Origin: Dipteris shenzhenensis
Lineage: Eukaryota
Assembly (NCBI GenBank): GCA_047967505.1
Contig: CM106538.1
Length of the DNA stretch: 64,000 nucleotides
Direction: 5' to 3' (one strand)
Made by a program: the position numbers and the translations under genes. How positions within the stretch are numbered: the first letter of the stretch is position 1; each line of letters begins with the position of its first letter. The notes beneath the pieces were generated by a model. The model ran no database searches, was not told the origin of the DNA, and saw only the letters and a list, made by a program, of their open reading frames with translations. Shown in pieces: positions 1 through 13,000 of the stretch.

Positions 1-106
1 AATTTAATGCTAGAGTAAATGCTAGGATGATGTTTGACGAATGAAGTGATTGTTAAGTACAGATCAGAGAATGTAATTTCAGATTGAAAAAGGTAAGACC
101 CTCTCA

Positions 107-958
107 TGGCTACTTACAAAATTGACAAATTCAATGTCCAAGGGTTTCATACTTGGTAGATGAAGATAAATTTTATGCTTATGAAAGAAAATTTATGGGA
201 CTCAAGGTAGGAACTCAATCCTCTCAGGAAGGTGACTCAACTACAACCAACAGTAAAGGCAAGGCCACGGATTCTACTTCTACACTTGCAGATGCAAAAA
301 GGATAGAGAAAGCCTATGCAATAATTGCATTAGGTTTGGGAAATGATTATGTACACCACATTTCAGATTTGGAATAAGTTAGCATTGCATAAGTCAGACA
401 TATTATTTGGTGCTAGCTCTCATACTTCCAAATTAAATCTAAAAATTAAGTTCTTTGAACTTAAAATGGAGGGAGATAATGTTGTTGCTCCAGTCAACAC
501 TATGAGGAGTCTTATGACACAACTAGCCTCAATTAACTCTCCTATCACTGACGATGATGCTATGGCAGTGCTCTTAAAGAGTATGCCTCAAGACTTTGAC
601 TATGTGGTTACTACTTTGAAGAATCTTCCTCAACCCACACTAGAGGGCATCATCAGTGCCTTACAAGAAGAGGAAAGAAAGAACACTTCAAGAATGAGCA
701 AAATGCACACAAAAGCACTTGCAGTGAAGTTGTTAAAGATGCATGCAAACATTGTAGGAAAAACAATCATCTTGAGAAGGATTGCTATAAAATCAACCTT
801 GCTCTTATTGTGGCAACAATAATCACTCTGAGAAGTTTTGTAATGAGAAAAAGAGGAGTATGACAAATCCACTTGAAGAGAGAACTCCATCAACAAATGA
901 AGCATCAAACTTTGTGGTAGAAGACAAAGACTTTGCCTTTTTAGCAATTTGTCTCTGA
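107..958 (+). pseudogene. gag: Degenerate Ty1/Copia gag (DUF4219/UBN2-type) with two CCHC zinc knuckles
   Basis: ATG at 107 reads MATYKIDKFN..FHTW; ORF 343-822 has KLNLKIKFFELKM...LLKSMPQDFDYVVTTL...LQEEE; knuckles CKHCRKNNHLEKDC and CSYCGNNNHSEKFC at ~745-841; several stops and frameshifts. Confidence 0.8.
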
Positions 959-1273
959 ATTTTTGTTTATCATCACTTGGTCAAATTTTGAGGTTCTCTA
1001 CCTGGAGTAGAACTCCAAAAAGAATGTTATGTGTTTTTTCTTTTGTAAATCACCTCTGGTCACCATATGATGTAGGCCATGTGATTTGTGTTTGGTTTAT
1101 CCTAGTTTTTGTAAACCTTGACCCTTGGGCACCTTTGTTAGAATGAGATCCTAGCCATAGATTTATCCTTGACCACCAGAGATCGCATGTGTGACCACCA
1201 TGAGATGGCATGAGAAACTATGAGACTAGATGTATCCTGGACATAGCAAGAGGCAAACCCTTGAGGGGGGGTA

Positions 1274-1765
1274 TGTTGGGATAAGTGTGATCAAGGGCTT
1301 GCTCTAAGGTGCATGTCTGCATCTAGGGGAGTCACATATGTGTGTGTGTGTGTGTGTGTATGTGTGTGTTGTAGAAGCACACCTAATGCTATGAGGTGTC
1401 TAGTGTGTGACCTAAGTGATGATGTAAGCACAAAGGCCCCCACATGGGAGGTTCCTTGACTTAGGCCAGTCCCACTGATGTAGGGGCTGATTGCCATTGA
1501 TATAGGGGAGGTACCTACACCATCCTCTCACTCTATATAATGGAGGATGTTCATTCTAATACAATGGATTTTTCCTTAGTTGAGCTCTCTCTCTTTGTTC
1601 CATGATGCATCTATTCTATCCCACATTCTTCTACACTCTTCAGCTCACCAGCATGAGAGACTGCCTCTTTGCTACTCTTCACGACCCTTTTCTATCACTT
1701 CTTATGGCCGCAAGATGTTTTTAGCACCTCAAGTGCTTGCTTCTGCGCTGATATTGTGTGTCTCA
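1274..1765 (+). mobile_element. Probable 3' LTR of the gag-bearing Copia element
   Basis: PPT GAGGGGGGG at 1263-1271 followed by TGTTGGG at 1274; TATA-like CTATATAA ~1533-1540; candidate CA end at 1765. The partner LTR is not in the window, so the end is unverified. Confidence 0.55.
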
Positions 1766-2042
1766 TAGCTACATGCCACGTAAACTTGTTCCCTTTGTGT
1801 TTGTTAACCAAAACCTTTTATCACTTTACCTTTTGCTTGGTCAACCATATCATTGACTACCTAGTCAACCTTATGGTTGACTATCTTACGTTTGCCTAGT
1901 TGTCTCGATTGACCCCCTCTTTCTCTTAAATTTCTTTTTTTCAAAAAATAACTCTTTCATATGCACTCTATTAGCAATTTAAATTTAAAAGATGATTTAG
2001 ATCGTCCCCCTACATAACACACACACACACACACACACAAAC

Positions 2043-2496
2043 CACCATTTGCCATGCAAATAAGCCATGTTCTGACACACTCTTGCCAGCATAGAATGTC
2101 CCAACCTCTAAGATTACATGAGGGTCATGCCATGCACAAGCCAAAGTAAGCATCCATCGTATGCAAACGGCCAGTAATTCCATACACATACATGCACGCA
2201 ACACACATATACACACAACCCATAATTATATTGGGCCTAACTTGGAGCCACCCAAGATGCAATCCACCAAATTAGCACACAGCACATCGACCTACGAAAC
2301 CAAAACTAGCATACACCACACAATTTCCCATGCAAATAAGCCATGCTCCGACACACTATTGCTAGCATAGAATGTCCGAACCTCTAAGATTGCATGAGGG
2401 TCATGCCATGCACAAGCCAAAGTAAGTAGCCATCGTATGCAAATGGCCAGTAATTCCATACACATGCATGCACGCAACATACATATACACACAACC
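2043..2496. repeat. Two direct copies of a ~175-bp unit (period 276 bp)
   Basis: ccatgcaaataagccatg...catatacacacaacc at ~2043-2220 and ~2320-2496. Confidence 0.85.
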
Positions 2497-2593
2497 TAGA
2501 TCATGGAGTTTTAAGGGTTGAGAAACAAAGGGCTTAGGGGGAGCATAGGAGTGGGAGAGGAAGAAGGTGTAAGAGCATGGGGGAAAGAAGAGA

Positions 2594-2720
2594 GAGGAGG
2601 GAGGAGGAGGAGGAGGAGGAGGAGGAGGAGGAGGACAGAGGAGGAGGAGGAGGAGGGAGGAGGAGGGAGGAGGAGGGAGGAGGAGCAGGAAGGAGGATGA
2701 GGGAAGAGGAGAGGGAGAGG
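2594..2720 (+). repeat. (GGA)n purine-rich microsatellite
   Basis: Direct reading of sequence. Confidence 0.9.
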
Positions 2721-2917
2721 GTGGGTTGCAAGGTTGGAGGAGAGGGGAGAAGGAGTTGCAAGGTTAGGACATGCTTTTGGATGTGGAGTGAAAGGAAGCA
2801 TGGACACTTGAGACAAATGCTTGGAATACCAAAATAGACTCAACACAATGCCCCCAAGAGTCTGGGCTTCATTCTATTATGGGGTATTTATACAAGTTGG
2901 AGAGCTTCTCTCTCTGC

Positions 2918-3079
2918 ACAAAGTTGTATCACAAAGTTCTAACACAAAGTTGTATCACAAAGTTGTAACACAAAGTTGTGACAAAACGCTGTATTATATT
3001 CTCTTTCTACATGTAGAAGTTGTAACACATTCTCTTTCTACATGTAGAAGTTGTAACACAAAGTTGTATCACATTCTCT
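2918..3079. repeat. Minisatellite of 13-bp CACAAAGTTGTA(T/A) units and ~29-bp ATTCTCTTTCTACATGTAGAAGTTGTAACAC units; target of Copia-A1
   Basis: The interrupted unit resumes after the element at 7664 (tctctttctacat). Confidence 0.8.
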
Positions 3080-6000
3080 TGTTGAGATATCAAGCTCTAT
3101 CCCCGACATATCTCCTGGATGACTATCATTTATGTCACCGCCTATGTTAGTTGTACTCGTGGTGTAGTTAGACTACCACGTATGTTTTGGTTTGGGTTCA
3201 CATATGAACCACGTATTCTAGGGTTTGACATATAGGGTATTTCCCTCTTCTATTGTAATTTGTTGTCGTGTGCAAAAGTGAAGTAAGGCTTCACCCTCCA
3301 ACCTTGTGTCCTCTCTCTTTTGTGTGTTGTGAAGAAAGCTGAACTTGAGTCTCCTATCTCTTTCCCTCATTCTTTACATGGTATCAGAGCCTAGTTCGTG
3401 GTAAGGAGCTCAAGAAAGCAAGCCGAGTTTGTGGTGTCCTGGTAAGAGGACCAGTGTTGCTTTCCTATTTCGAGTTTGGGAGCAAATCTCTGCAGGTAGC
3501 ACAGCCAGAAGTGCAGGAGTGCACTGTTTCAGATTGAGAGGCCCTTCGCGGTGTGGCGAGAGCGCAGTATATTTTTTTGATTTGAGGCCGTTTCGGGGCC
3601 CTTTTTGAAGGCGGAAGTTCTTCGCAGGCACTTAGAAAAAGGCCCTGTTTTTGCTGTGCGCGCGGCTAGTCGGTGGAAAGGTGCCACAGAAATTGCATCG
3701 TATGCCTGTGTCCAGAGATATTGGGAGTTGCAGATTCATGCCTGTTGCCTGTTGATGCAAAATCGTCACTAGGAAGTGACTGTGTGGTGAAATACCACTT
3801 TCGTCAGTGTTGCAGATCTGCCCCTGTGAGGCTTTTTGCAGAAGTTTTGCTATTTGCCCTTGTGAGGCATTTGCTGTGTTTACAGGTTGCTGTTGCAATT
3901 CGTGATTTGTAAAATGTCTGAGAATCTGTCTACCATTGTCAGTGAGAAGCTTGACAAGAACAACTTCCAAGCATGGAAGTTCAGGATGACAAACTTCCTT
4001 ATGGGAAAGGGAGTTTGGGATAACATCAGTGGTGAAACTGCAGAACCAGTTTTGGGTGCTGCTCCCACTCCTGTTGAATTGAAGGCCTTTACAGAATGGC
4101 ATGAAAAAGCCAGAAAATGCTTGTATTGGCTGTCTGTTAGCATTTCAAATTCTATGATTGTGCACATACAGGATGTAGAGACACCTAAGGAGGCATGGGA
4201 TACATTGGTGAAGCTGTATAGCACAAATACCAAAGCACGAAAGATGCAGCTAAAGCAGGAGTTGCACAATGTGCAAAGGAAAAATCTGAATATAAATGAG
4301 TATTCCTTGAAGGTGAAAGGCCTTGCAGATTCTCTTGCCTCCATTGGAGCACCTGTTGATGATGAGGACTTAGTGTCCGTGACCTTGAATGGTCTTGGGA
4401 AAGATAATGCACAGTTTCGGACATCCATTGGAGTCCGTGAAACATTTCCTGATTTTCAGGAACTTATTGCTCTCTTGCTGAGTGAAGAGCAAAGGAATGG
4501 TGGTTCAGCCACCTCAACTTCTCAAGAGACTGCTTTCTACTCGAATACAGGTAGAGGCAGGGGTAGAGGAAGAGGCCGTTTTGGTGGCCGTGCAGGAAAT
4601 CAGAACCAACAGCAACAACAGGAAAACCAGTCCTATGGAGGAGGACGTGGTAGTTCTAGAGGCAGGGGGAGCCAAAGAGGCCGTGGTTCATGGCAAAGGA
4701 ACCAGCAAGTAAATAGCAGCACAAAATGCTATTATTGTGGAAGGCCTGGACACAAGGAGAATACATGCTATAAAAAACAGAATGACATCAAAAGTGGGAA
4801 GTTGCAGCAAAGCAACTATGCATCATCAAGTGGGCATGGTGACGACAGAAATGAGCACCTTTTTGTGATGCAGCATATGGTTAACTCCATGTCAGGAGAT
4901 GCTGCAGCTTGCAATGATGTTTGGTATGTTGATTCAGGTGCCTCTAACCACATGACCAGTCATGGTGAGTGGTTTCATGATGTCAGAAATTTGGATAAGC
5001 CAGGTTATGTTGAAACAGGTGATGATACTGCGCACCCAATTACGCAGGTTGGTAAAGTGCCATTGGCTATGCAGGATGGCAAAACAAAGTACTTGGCAGA
5101 TGTACTTCATGTTCCAAAAATCACTAAGAACCTGGTTTCAGTTGGCCAGATGGTTGAGCAAGGTCTGCAGGTTAGATTTAATCCTGATGGATGCTTTGTT
5201 GAGGACTTGAAAAATAAGTGCCGCTTGGTTGCGAAAGGCAACAAAAATGGCAGAATGTTCACCTTGGATGTTGATATGCCTGAGGTGAAAGCTGCTATGT
5301 TTGCGCATGGAAGAGGTGTCATTGCAGATATTGAGATATGGCACAAGCGCATTGGGCACGTGAATATACAAAGGCTGCAATAAATGGGAATGCTGCAATA
5401 AATGCAGAGCAGCAATCTCAAGCCTTGAGTGGACCCAGAGAGTCCTCTACTAGTGGATCTAATGCATGGACAGGGAGATTGAGATCTAGTGAATCGTCAC
5501 ATGGCAGTCCTGATAGTGTTGTGCAGGTATCACATAAGGGAAAAGAAAAAGTGGACCATACTCCAGTGTTTGATGTGTCTGCTGGTAGCTCTCATGTTGA
5601 TGGAGAGTCAAGCGGCTCTGAAATGAGCCTTGATGAGGAACTTGGGATTCCTTCTGTTGTTACACCTGGTGCAAGGAAAAGCAGGCATGATTTAAAGACT
5701 CCTGCAACTGATCCAGTTGTACGGAGGTCCACTCGTATTAAGTATCCAGTTGACAGGCTGAGATATGATGGGTATACAGCACATCACTATGCTTATATGG
5801 TCAAGGTTCTAGAGGAGCCAGAGCCCACATGTTTTGAGGATGCAGCAGGGCATAAAAATTGGGAAGCAGCTATGGATGAAGAGATGGCTGCCTTGGATGC
5901 AAACCACACTTGGGATTTGATGCCTTTGCCTCATGATAAGAAGGCTATTGGCTGCAAGTGGGTTTACAAAGTAAAGCACAATGCTGATGGGTCTGTTAGC

Positions 6001-7663
6001 AGGTACAAGGCAAGATTGGTTGCCAAAGGTTTTGCGCAGACATATGGAATTGACTATGAGGAAACTTTCAGCCCAGTTGCAAGGATGGCAACCGTGAGAG
6101 CAGTAATTGCTATGGCTGCTGCAAAGGGATGGTCTTTGCATCAGATGGATGTGAAAAATGCCTTCTTGCATGGTGATTTGCAGGAAGAGGTTTATATGAT
6201 GCAGCCAGAAGGTTATGAGGATAATGCACACCCTGATTTTGTATGCAGGTTGCGCAAAGCCTTGTATGGCTTAAAACAGGCGCCGAGGGCATGGTCAGAC
6301 AAGATAGGGCAATATCTTGTCACTATTGGATTTCAGATTTCCAATTCAGATTTTTCACTTTATGTGAAAAGGACAAACAGAGGGATTGTGCTTATAGTCA
6401 TCTATGTTGATGACTTGATTATTACAGGTGATAGTGATGCAGACATTAATGAAGTGAAGCTGCTGTTGAAGCAGAAATTTGAGATGAAGGATTTGGGAGA
6501 GCTGCGTTACTTCTTGGGCGTTGAGGTTATTAGATCCCCGAGTGGGATATGGCTGTTGCAAAGGCAATACGGTTTGGACATGCTGTCCAAATATGGGATG
6601 ACAGGCTGTAAGCCTATTTCTGTTCCATTGGAGCAGAATGTGAAGCTCAATGCAGAGACAGGTGAGCTTCTTGAAGATATTACTATGTACAGGCGCATAG
6701 TAGGTAGCTTGATTTACATGACTATAACCAGACCAGATTTGAGCTATGCTGTGGGGCTGGTGAGTCAGTTTATGCAGGCACCGAGGAAGCCACATTTGGA
6801 TGCGGCTAGGCGCATACTGCGGTATGTGAAGTCCACATTGCATTATGGACTGCTTTATGAAGCTGGGTGTGCATTACAGGTACATGGATACACAGATGCT
6901 GACTGGGCTGGTAGTGTCTCAGACAGGAGATCTACTAGTGGTTTTATGTTTTCCCTTGGGAGTGGTGCCATCAGTTGGAGCAGCAAGAAGCAGCCAACAG
7001 TTGCCTTGTCGAGCACAGAGGCTGAGTACAGGGGTGCAACAATGGCTGCATGTGAGGTAGCTTGGTTACGGAAGCTACTTGCAGATATGGGATAGTCAGT
7101 TCATGCAGCAGTTGTCATTCATTGTGACAACATTAGCAGCATCATGCTTGCTAATAACCCAGTTTATCATGCTAGAACGAAGCACATTGAGGTGCATTAT
7201 CACTTTGTGAGAGAGAAGGTTCTAGCTGGTGAGATTGATCTTGTCTATGTCAGCACTGAGGAGCAGGTGGCTGATATCTTTACGAAGGCATTGGGTACCG
7301 AGAAGCTTCGCAGATTTAGGAGCCTGCTTGGTGTACGTGAGATGGATTTGAGCTTGAGGGGGAGTGTTGAGATATCAAGCTCTATCCCCGACATATCTCC
7401 TGGATGACTATCATTTATGTCACCGCCTATGTTAGTTGTACTCGTGGTGTAGTTAGACTACCACGTATGTTTTGGTTTGGGTTCACATATGAACCACGTA
7501 TTCTAGGGTTTGACATATAGGGTATTTCCCTCTTCTATTGTAATTTGTTGTCGTGTGCAAAAGTGAAGAAAGGCTTCACCCTCCAACCTTGTGTCCTCTC
7601 TCTTTTGTGTGTTGTGAAGAAAGCTGAACTTGAGTCTCCTATCTCTTTCCCTCATTCTTTACA
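3080..7663 (+). mobile_element. Ty1/Copia LTR retrotransposon Copia-A1 (integrase core deleted)
   Basis: 299-bp LTRs 3080-3378 and 7365-7663 (TG...CA, 1 mismatch seen); TSD TCTCT (3075-3079, 7664-7668); tRNA-iMet PBS TGGTATCAGAGC 3379-3390; PPT GAGGGGGAG 7356-7364. Confidence 0.97.
3914..7407 (+). pseudogene. gag-pol: Copia-A1 gag-pol: Gag, zinc knuckle, protease, RT, RNase H; integrase core missing
   Basis: MSENLSTIVSEKLDKNNFQAW; CYYCGRPGHKENTC; WYVDSGASNHMT; frameshifting deletion at ~5378; KWVYK...YKARLVAKG...QMDVKNAFLHG...YVDD; premature TAG at 7093-7095; TKHIEVHYHFVRE. Confidence 0.95.
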
Positions 7664-7802
7664 TCTCTTTCTACATAAGTTCATGTTGGCACAGAGTCAA
7701 CATACTCCCGGATCCATTTTATTACCCATCCTCGGGTTATGGCTTATTCCGATCACGTACCTAGGTTGCCATGTTTTTAATCTAATGGCTGTGGAACTTG
7801 CG

Positions 7803-9434
7803 TCATGCCAATCGATCCTGCTGTAAAGCCTTAGCACCATACAATTTTTGCGTAGTTTCCAAGTAGCCTGCATCCACCATTTTCTCAAACAGAGATATGT
7901 GGCGTGCCTCTAAGAAGATCACTCTTTGATAGAGCCAGCTTGTAATCTGAGCATCAACCCTTTCATTGGGATTAAAGCTAAGTGGAGGCAAATGGGAATC
8001 AAGGTAACATGGGACCTCCAAAATGAATTCCAATGTTTTACAGAATATAGCACTTTGGTGAAGGAAGCGATCAATGTTGCCACGCATTATTTGTTCATGC
8101 TACTGAAGTGCTCGAACCATTGTGCCTTGGATATTCCATTCTACACCAGAGTAGGGTTCGAGCATTGGCCAATTAATGACTCGATCTTCAGCCAAAGTGT
8201 GTATGTTGGCTTTCCATTTTTTACGCCGTGGATCTGCATAGAACTTGGTATGGTTTCTGAGACATGGAGGTGCCCATAAGTACTCCTTTAAGAAGATTAC
8301 ATCAAAGAGCTTGGGACGGCGCCAATCAGGTTGTGGATCCAACTTGCTAATCCAACCTTCACTAACTTGATGCTGACGAAGGTTGATAGGAAAGTTGTCC
8401 AGGGTCCATCCACCTCGAGTTCTCATATCAGGATATTTTCTCCAAAATTCCTTGATGGGGTTACTGGGAAGTGGTATCTCATCAAAATCATACCCATCAT
8501 TGGAACTTGGCATGGGCGTACGAATTGGATTATCTAGATCCTGATATTTAAAATCAAATATTGTGTCATTTTCTACTGATGGGAGCATCAGAAGTGTCGG
8601 AGGTGATGACAGCACAGGGAGAGAATCGGGGGACATTGGGGAGAAAAATGGCAGAGTGATAGTGGCGGAAGGGGGAGCAGAGGGGAGGGGGGAAAGAACT
8701 AGGCAAATGGTTTGAGCAGCTTGGTAATCCGCAAGGGTAGGATTAGCAAGGGAGGGGAAAGGGCTAGGTGTGAGGGGCTCATAAGTTTGTGACTGTTGGG
8801 AAAACAGTGAGAGGCATGAGCAAAGAGACAATGGAGGGAAAAGATGTTAGGATGGAGCTCGGGGAAGGTTAAGAGGGTGGTAGCAACAAGGCGAAGTGAG
8901 GTTATGACATTGGCAGAAAGAGTGGTTAGATATTGGAAGTTGGATGTGAGATAGTAGGCTTCGACACTTCTTTTTGCTGGTGCGATGGGATGATCAGCTG
9001 CATGGGTGGGATGTTGGTTATGTTGTGCCATGCAAATAATAGGGATGGCCATTGTAGCAATGGCAACAAACCTGCAATAACCCTGAGGGGAGGACTACCC
9101 ATGAGGTAGACATATGCAATGAAAGCATCTGTCCTGAGTGTTATAAACCCAGCATGTGTAGATATGTAGAAGATATTTTTCTCATCTTCAAACAAGTCGG
9201 CAAATTATGCACAGGGTTTTAGTCCCGATGGAACGTTTCCAGTTGATTGTTGGATGAGCAAATATGATCCTGATTTGGAGTTTCTTCCATTGGATAAGCA
9301 CGTGTGCGTTGAGGTGATCTTCCACTTGTAGAGCATCCACAAGCTCTTGGTACACCACAATGGTGCATTGTAGTGGGGCGTGATTGGTGTTGTCTTCCAA
9401 TGCCTCGTTGTGCACTAGCAATTGGAGTTCAAGC
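7803..9434 (-). pseudogene. Degenerate coding-like sequence of unknown family (possibly a TE accessory ORF)
   Basis: ORFs 8100-8831 and 7803-8087 lie in one frame separated by a single stop; the frame of 8926-9195 is retained in the inverted copy at 15614-15961; no motif recognised. Confidence 0.3.
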
Positions 9435-10087
9435 TCCAATTTCTAGAGAAGGTAATGAGGGATGTGACCTCCAACCTCCACCAAAGTCAAACACAGCTGA
9501 CAGCAGAAGCAACGGGAATCCTACAGACCTACTATAACTCCTTGACATCCGCACATGCTCAACAAATGGAGGTAGTGGCACAAGCTCAAATCACTCTAAT
9601 TCACAAAGAAGGAGCTCCAGGATTGCAAAGACAAGCTTGAAGAAATGAAACAATCTTTGCTAGTGCATGCCTTTAGCATTGATGAGCTTACAAGGGAATG
9701 CAAAATCTTAAAGGACCAACTTGCTACCGCTCAAGAGGCCAGCACTTGACAAGCACAAGACTTGGACCAATGGTCCAATACCACTGAAGACATCCGTCAA
9801 CAGGCAAAGGTCACCTTGCAAATGAGAAAGTTTAAGGAGGCATATATAACCATCTACCATCAATACAAAGAAAAAATGAATGAGATGCACTCCCAAAAGA
9901 TAATCATCTCCAAGCTTGAACTCGAAGTGCTAGTGCACAACAATGAGGCATTGGAAGACAACACCAATGAAGCCCCACTTCAATGCACAACGGTGGTGTA
10001 CCAAGAGCTTGTGGCTACTCTACAAGTGGAAGATCATCTCAATGCACGTGTGCTTATTCAATGGAAGAAACTCCAAATAAGGATCAT

Positions 10088-13000
10088 TGTTGAGATATCA
10101 AGCTCTACCCCCGATATATCTCCTGGATGACTATCATTTATGTCATCGCCTATGTTAGTTGTACTCGTGGTGTAGTTAGACTACCACGTATGTTTTTGGT
10201 TTGGGTTCACATATGAACCACGTATTCTAGGTTTTGACATATAGGGTATTTCCCTCTTCTATTGTATTGTTGTTGTGTGCAAAAGTGAAGAAAGGCTTCA
10301 CCCTCCAACCTTGTGTCCTCTCTCTTTTGTGTGTTGTGAAGAAAGCTGAACTTGAGTCTCCTATCTCTCTCCCTATTTCTTTACATGGTATCAGAGCCTT
10401 GTTCGTGGTAAGGAGCTCAAGAAAGCTAGCCAAGTTTGTGGTGTCCTGGTAAGAGGACCAGTGTAGCTTTCCTATTTCGAGTTTGGGAGCAAATCTCTGC
10501 AGGTAGCACAGCCAGAAGTGCAGGAGTGCACTGCTTCAGATTGAGAGGCCCTTCGCGGTGCAGCGAGAGCGCAGTTTGAGGCCGTTTCGGGGCCCGTTTT
10601 GAAGGCAGAAATTCTTCGCAGGCACTCAGAAAAAGGCCCTGTTTTTGCTGTGCGACCACCGCGCGGCTAGTCGGTGGAAAGGTGCCACAGAAATTGCATC
10701 GTATGCCTATGTGCAGAGATATTGGGAGTTGCAGATTCATGCCTGTTGCCTGTTGATGCAAAATCATCACGAGGAAGTGACTGTGTGGTGAAATACCACT
10801 TTCGTCAGTGTTGCAGATCTGCCCCTGTGAGGCTTTTCGCAGAAGTTTTGCTATTTGCCCTTCTGAGGCATTTGCTGTGTTTACAGGTTGCTGTTGCAAT
10901 TCGTGATTTGTAAAATGTCTGAGAATCTGTCTACCATTGTCAGTGAGAAGCTTGACAAGAACAACTTCCAAGCATGGAAGTTCAGGATGACAAACTTCTT
11001 TATGGGAAAGGGAGTTTGGGATTACATCAGTGGTGAAACTGCAGAACCAGTTTTGGGTGCTGCTCCCACTCCTGTTGAATTGAAGGCCTTTAAAGAATGG
11101 CATGAAAAAGCCAGAAAATGCCTGTATTGGCTGTCCGTTAGCATTTCAGATTCTATGATTGTGCATATACAGGATGCATATACAGGATCTAGAGACGCCT
11201 AAGGAGGCATGGGATACATTGGTGAAGCTGTATAGCACAAATACCAAAGCACGAAAGATGCAGCTAAAGCAGGAGTTGCACAATGTGCAAAGGAAAAATC
11301 TGAATATAAATGAGTATTCCTTGAAGGTGAAAGGCCTTGCAGATTCTCTTGCCTCCATTGGAGCACCTGTTGATGATGAGGACTTAGTGTCCGTGACCTT
11401 GAATGGTCTTGGGAAAGATTATGCACAATTTCGGACATCCATTGGAGTCCGTGAAACATTTCCTGATTTTCAGGAACTTATTGCTCTCTTGCTGAGTGAA
11501 GAGCAAAGGAATGGTGGTTCAACCACCTCAACTTCTCAAGAGACTGCTTTCTACTCGAATACAGGTAGAGGCAGGGGTAGAGGAAGAGGCCGTTCTGGTG
11601 GCCGTGCAGGAAATCAGAACCAACAGCAACAACAGGAAAACCAGTCCTATGGAGGAGGACGTGGTAGTTCTAGAGGCAGGGGGAGCCAAAGAGGCCGTGG
11701 TTCATGGCAAAGGAACCAGCAAGTAAATAGCAGCACAGAATGCTATTATTGTGGAAAGCCTGGACACAAGGAGAATACATGCTATAAAAAACAGAATGAC
11801 ATCAAAAGTGGGAAGTTGCAGCAAAGTAACTATGCATCATCAAGTGGGCATGGTGACGACAGAAATGAGCACCTTTTTGTGATGCAGCATATGGTTAACT
11901 CCATGTCAGGAGATGCTGCAGCTTGCAATGATGTTTGGTATGTTGATTCAGGTGCCTCTAACCACATGACCAGTCATGGTGAGTGGTTTCATGATGTCAG
12001 AAATTTGGATAAGCCAGGTTATGTTGAAACAGGTGATGATACTGCGCACCCAATTACGCAGGTTGGTAAAGTGCCATTGGCTATGCAGGATGGCAAAACA
12101 AAGTACTTGGCAGATGTACTTCATGTTCCAAAAATCACTAAGAACCTGGTTTCAGTTGGCCAGATGGTTGAGCAAGGTCTGCAGGTTAGATTTAATCCTG
12201 ATGGATGCTTTGTTGAGGACTTGAAAAATAAGTGCCGCTTGGTTGCGAAAGGCAACAAAAATGGCAGAATGTTCACCTTGGATGTTGATATGCCTGAGGT
12301 GAAAGCTGCTATGTTTGCGCATGGAAGAGGTGTCATTGCAGATATTGAGATATGGCACAAGCGCATTGGGCACGTGAATATACAAAGGCTGAAATCTATG
12401 CAAACGAAAAACATTGTTGCAGGTTTGCCTAAATTCAGAGTTGAGGGAATGCAAAAGGTATGTGAAGCATGCCAAATGGGTACGCAGGCCAGACATGCAT
12501 TTCCCAAAAATGCTAAGGTGAGCAGAAGACCTTTGGAAGTGATCCATTCAGATGTTTGGACAACCAAAGCTGCTTCTATTGGTGGATGCCATTATTATGT
12601 GACGTTTATTGATGACTACACTAGGAAGGTGTGGATTTATTTTATGAAGCACAAAAGTGAAGTGTTCAGCCATTTCAAGGCTTTTAAGGCCATGGTTGAA
12701 AAAGAGAAAGGTGTGCATATTAAAGTGCTAAGATCTGATGGAGGGGGAGAGTACTTTTCAGAAGAATTTTGTGAATATCTGAAAGAACAGGGAATTCAAA
12801 GGAAGTACTCATGCAGGTCTACCCCTCAGCAGAATGGGGTTGCAGAAAGGAAGAACAGGCATATTGCAGAAGTAGGACGGGCGATCCTAAATGAGAAAAA
12901 CATGCCTGATTATTTTTGGGCTGAAGCAGTAGCAACTGCTGTTTATATTATGAACAGAACCCCCACTGCAGCTGTCCATGGCATGACGCCTGAAGAAATG

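Noticed and set aside
2511-2846. Poly-E/R/S/L ORFs
   Set aside because: Translations of the (GGA)n microsatellite
3673-3912. Cys-rich upstream ORF (MERCHRNCIVCLC..) seen in all three Copia leaders
   Set aside because: GTG start and different C-termini; explained by nucleotide identity of the leader, with no independent coding evidence
5809-6843. Antisense ORFs opposite Copia RT (also 12121-14719, 59741-60103)
   Set aside because: Shadow frames of the pol coding strand
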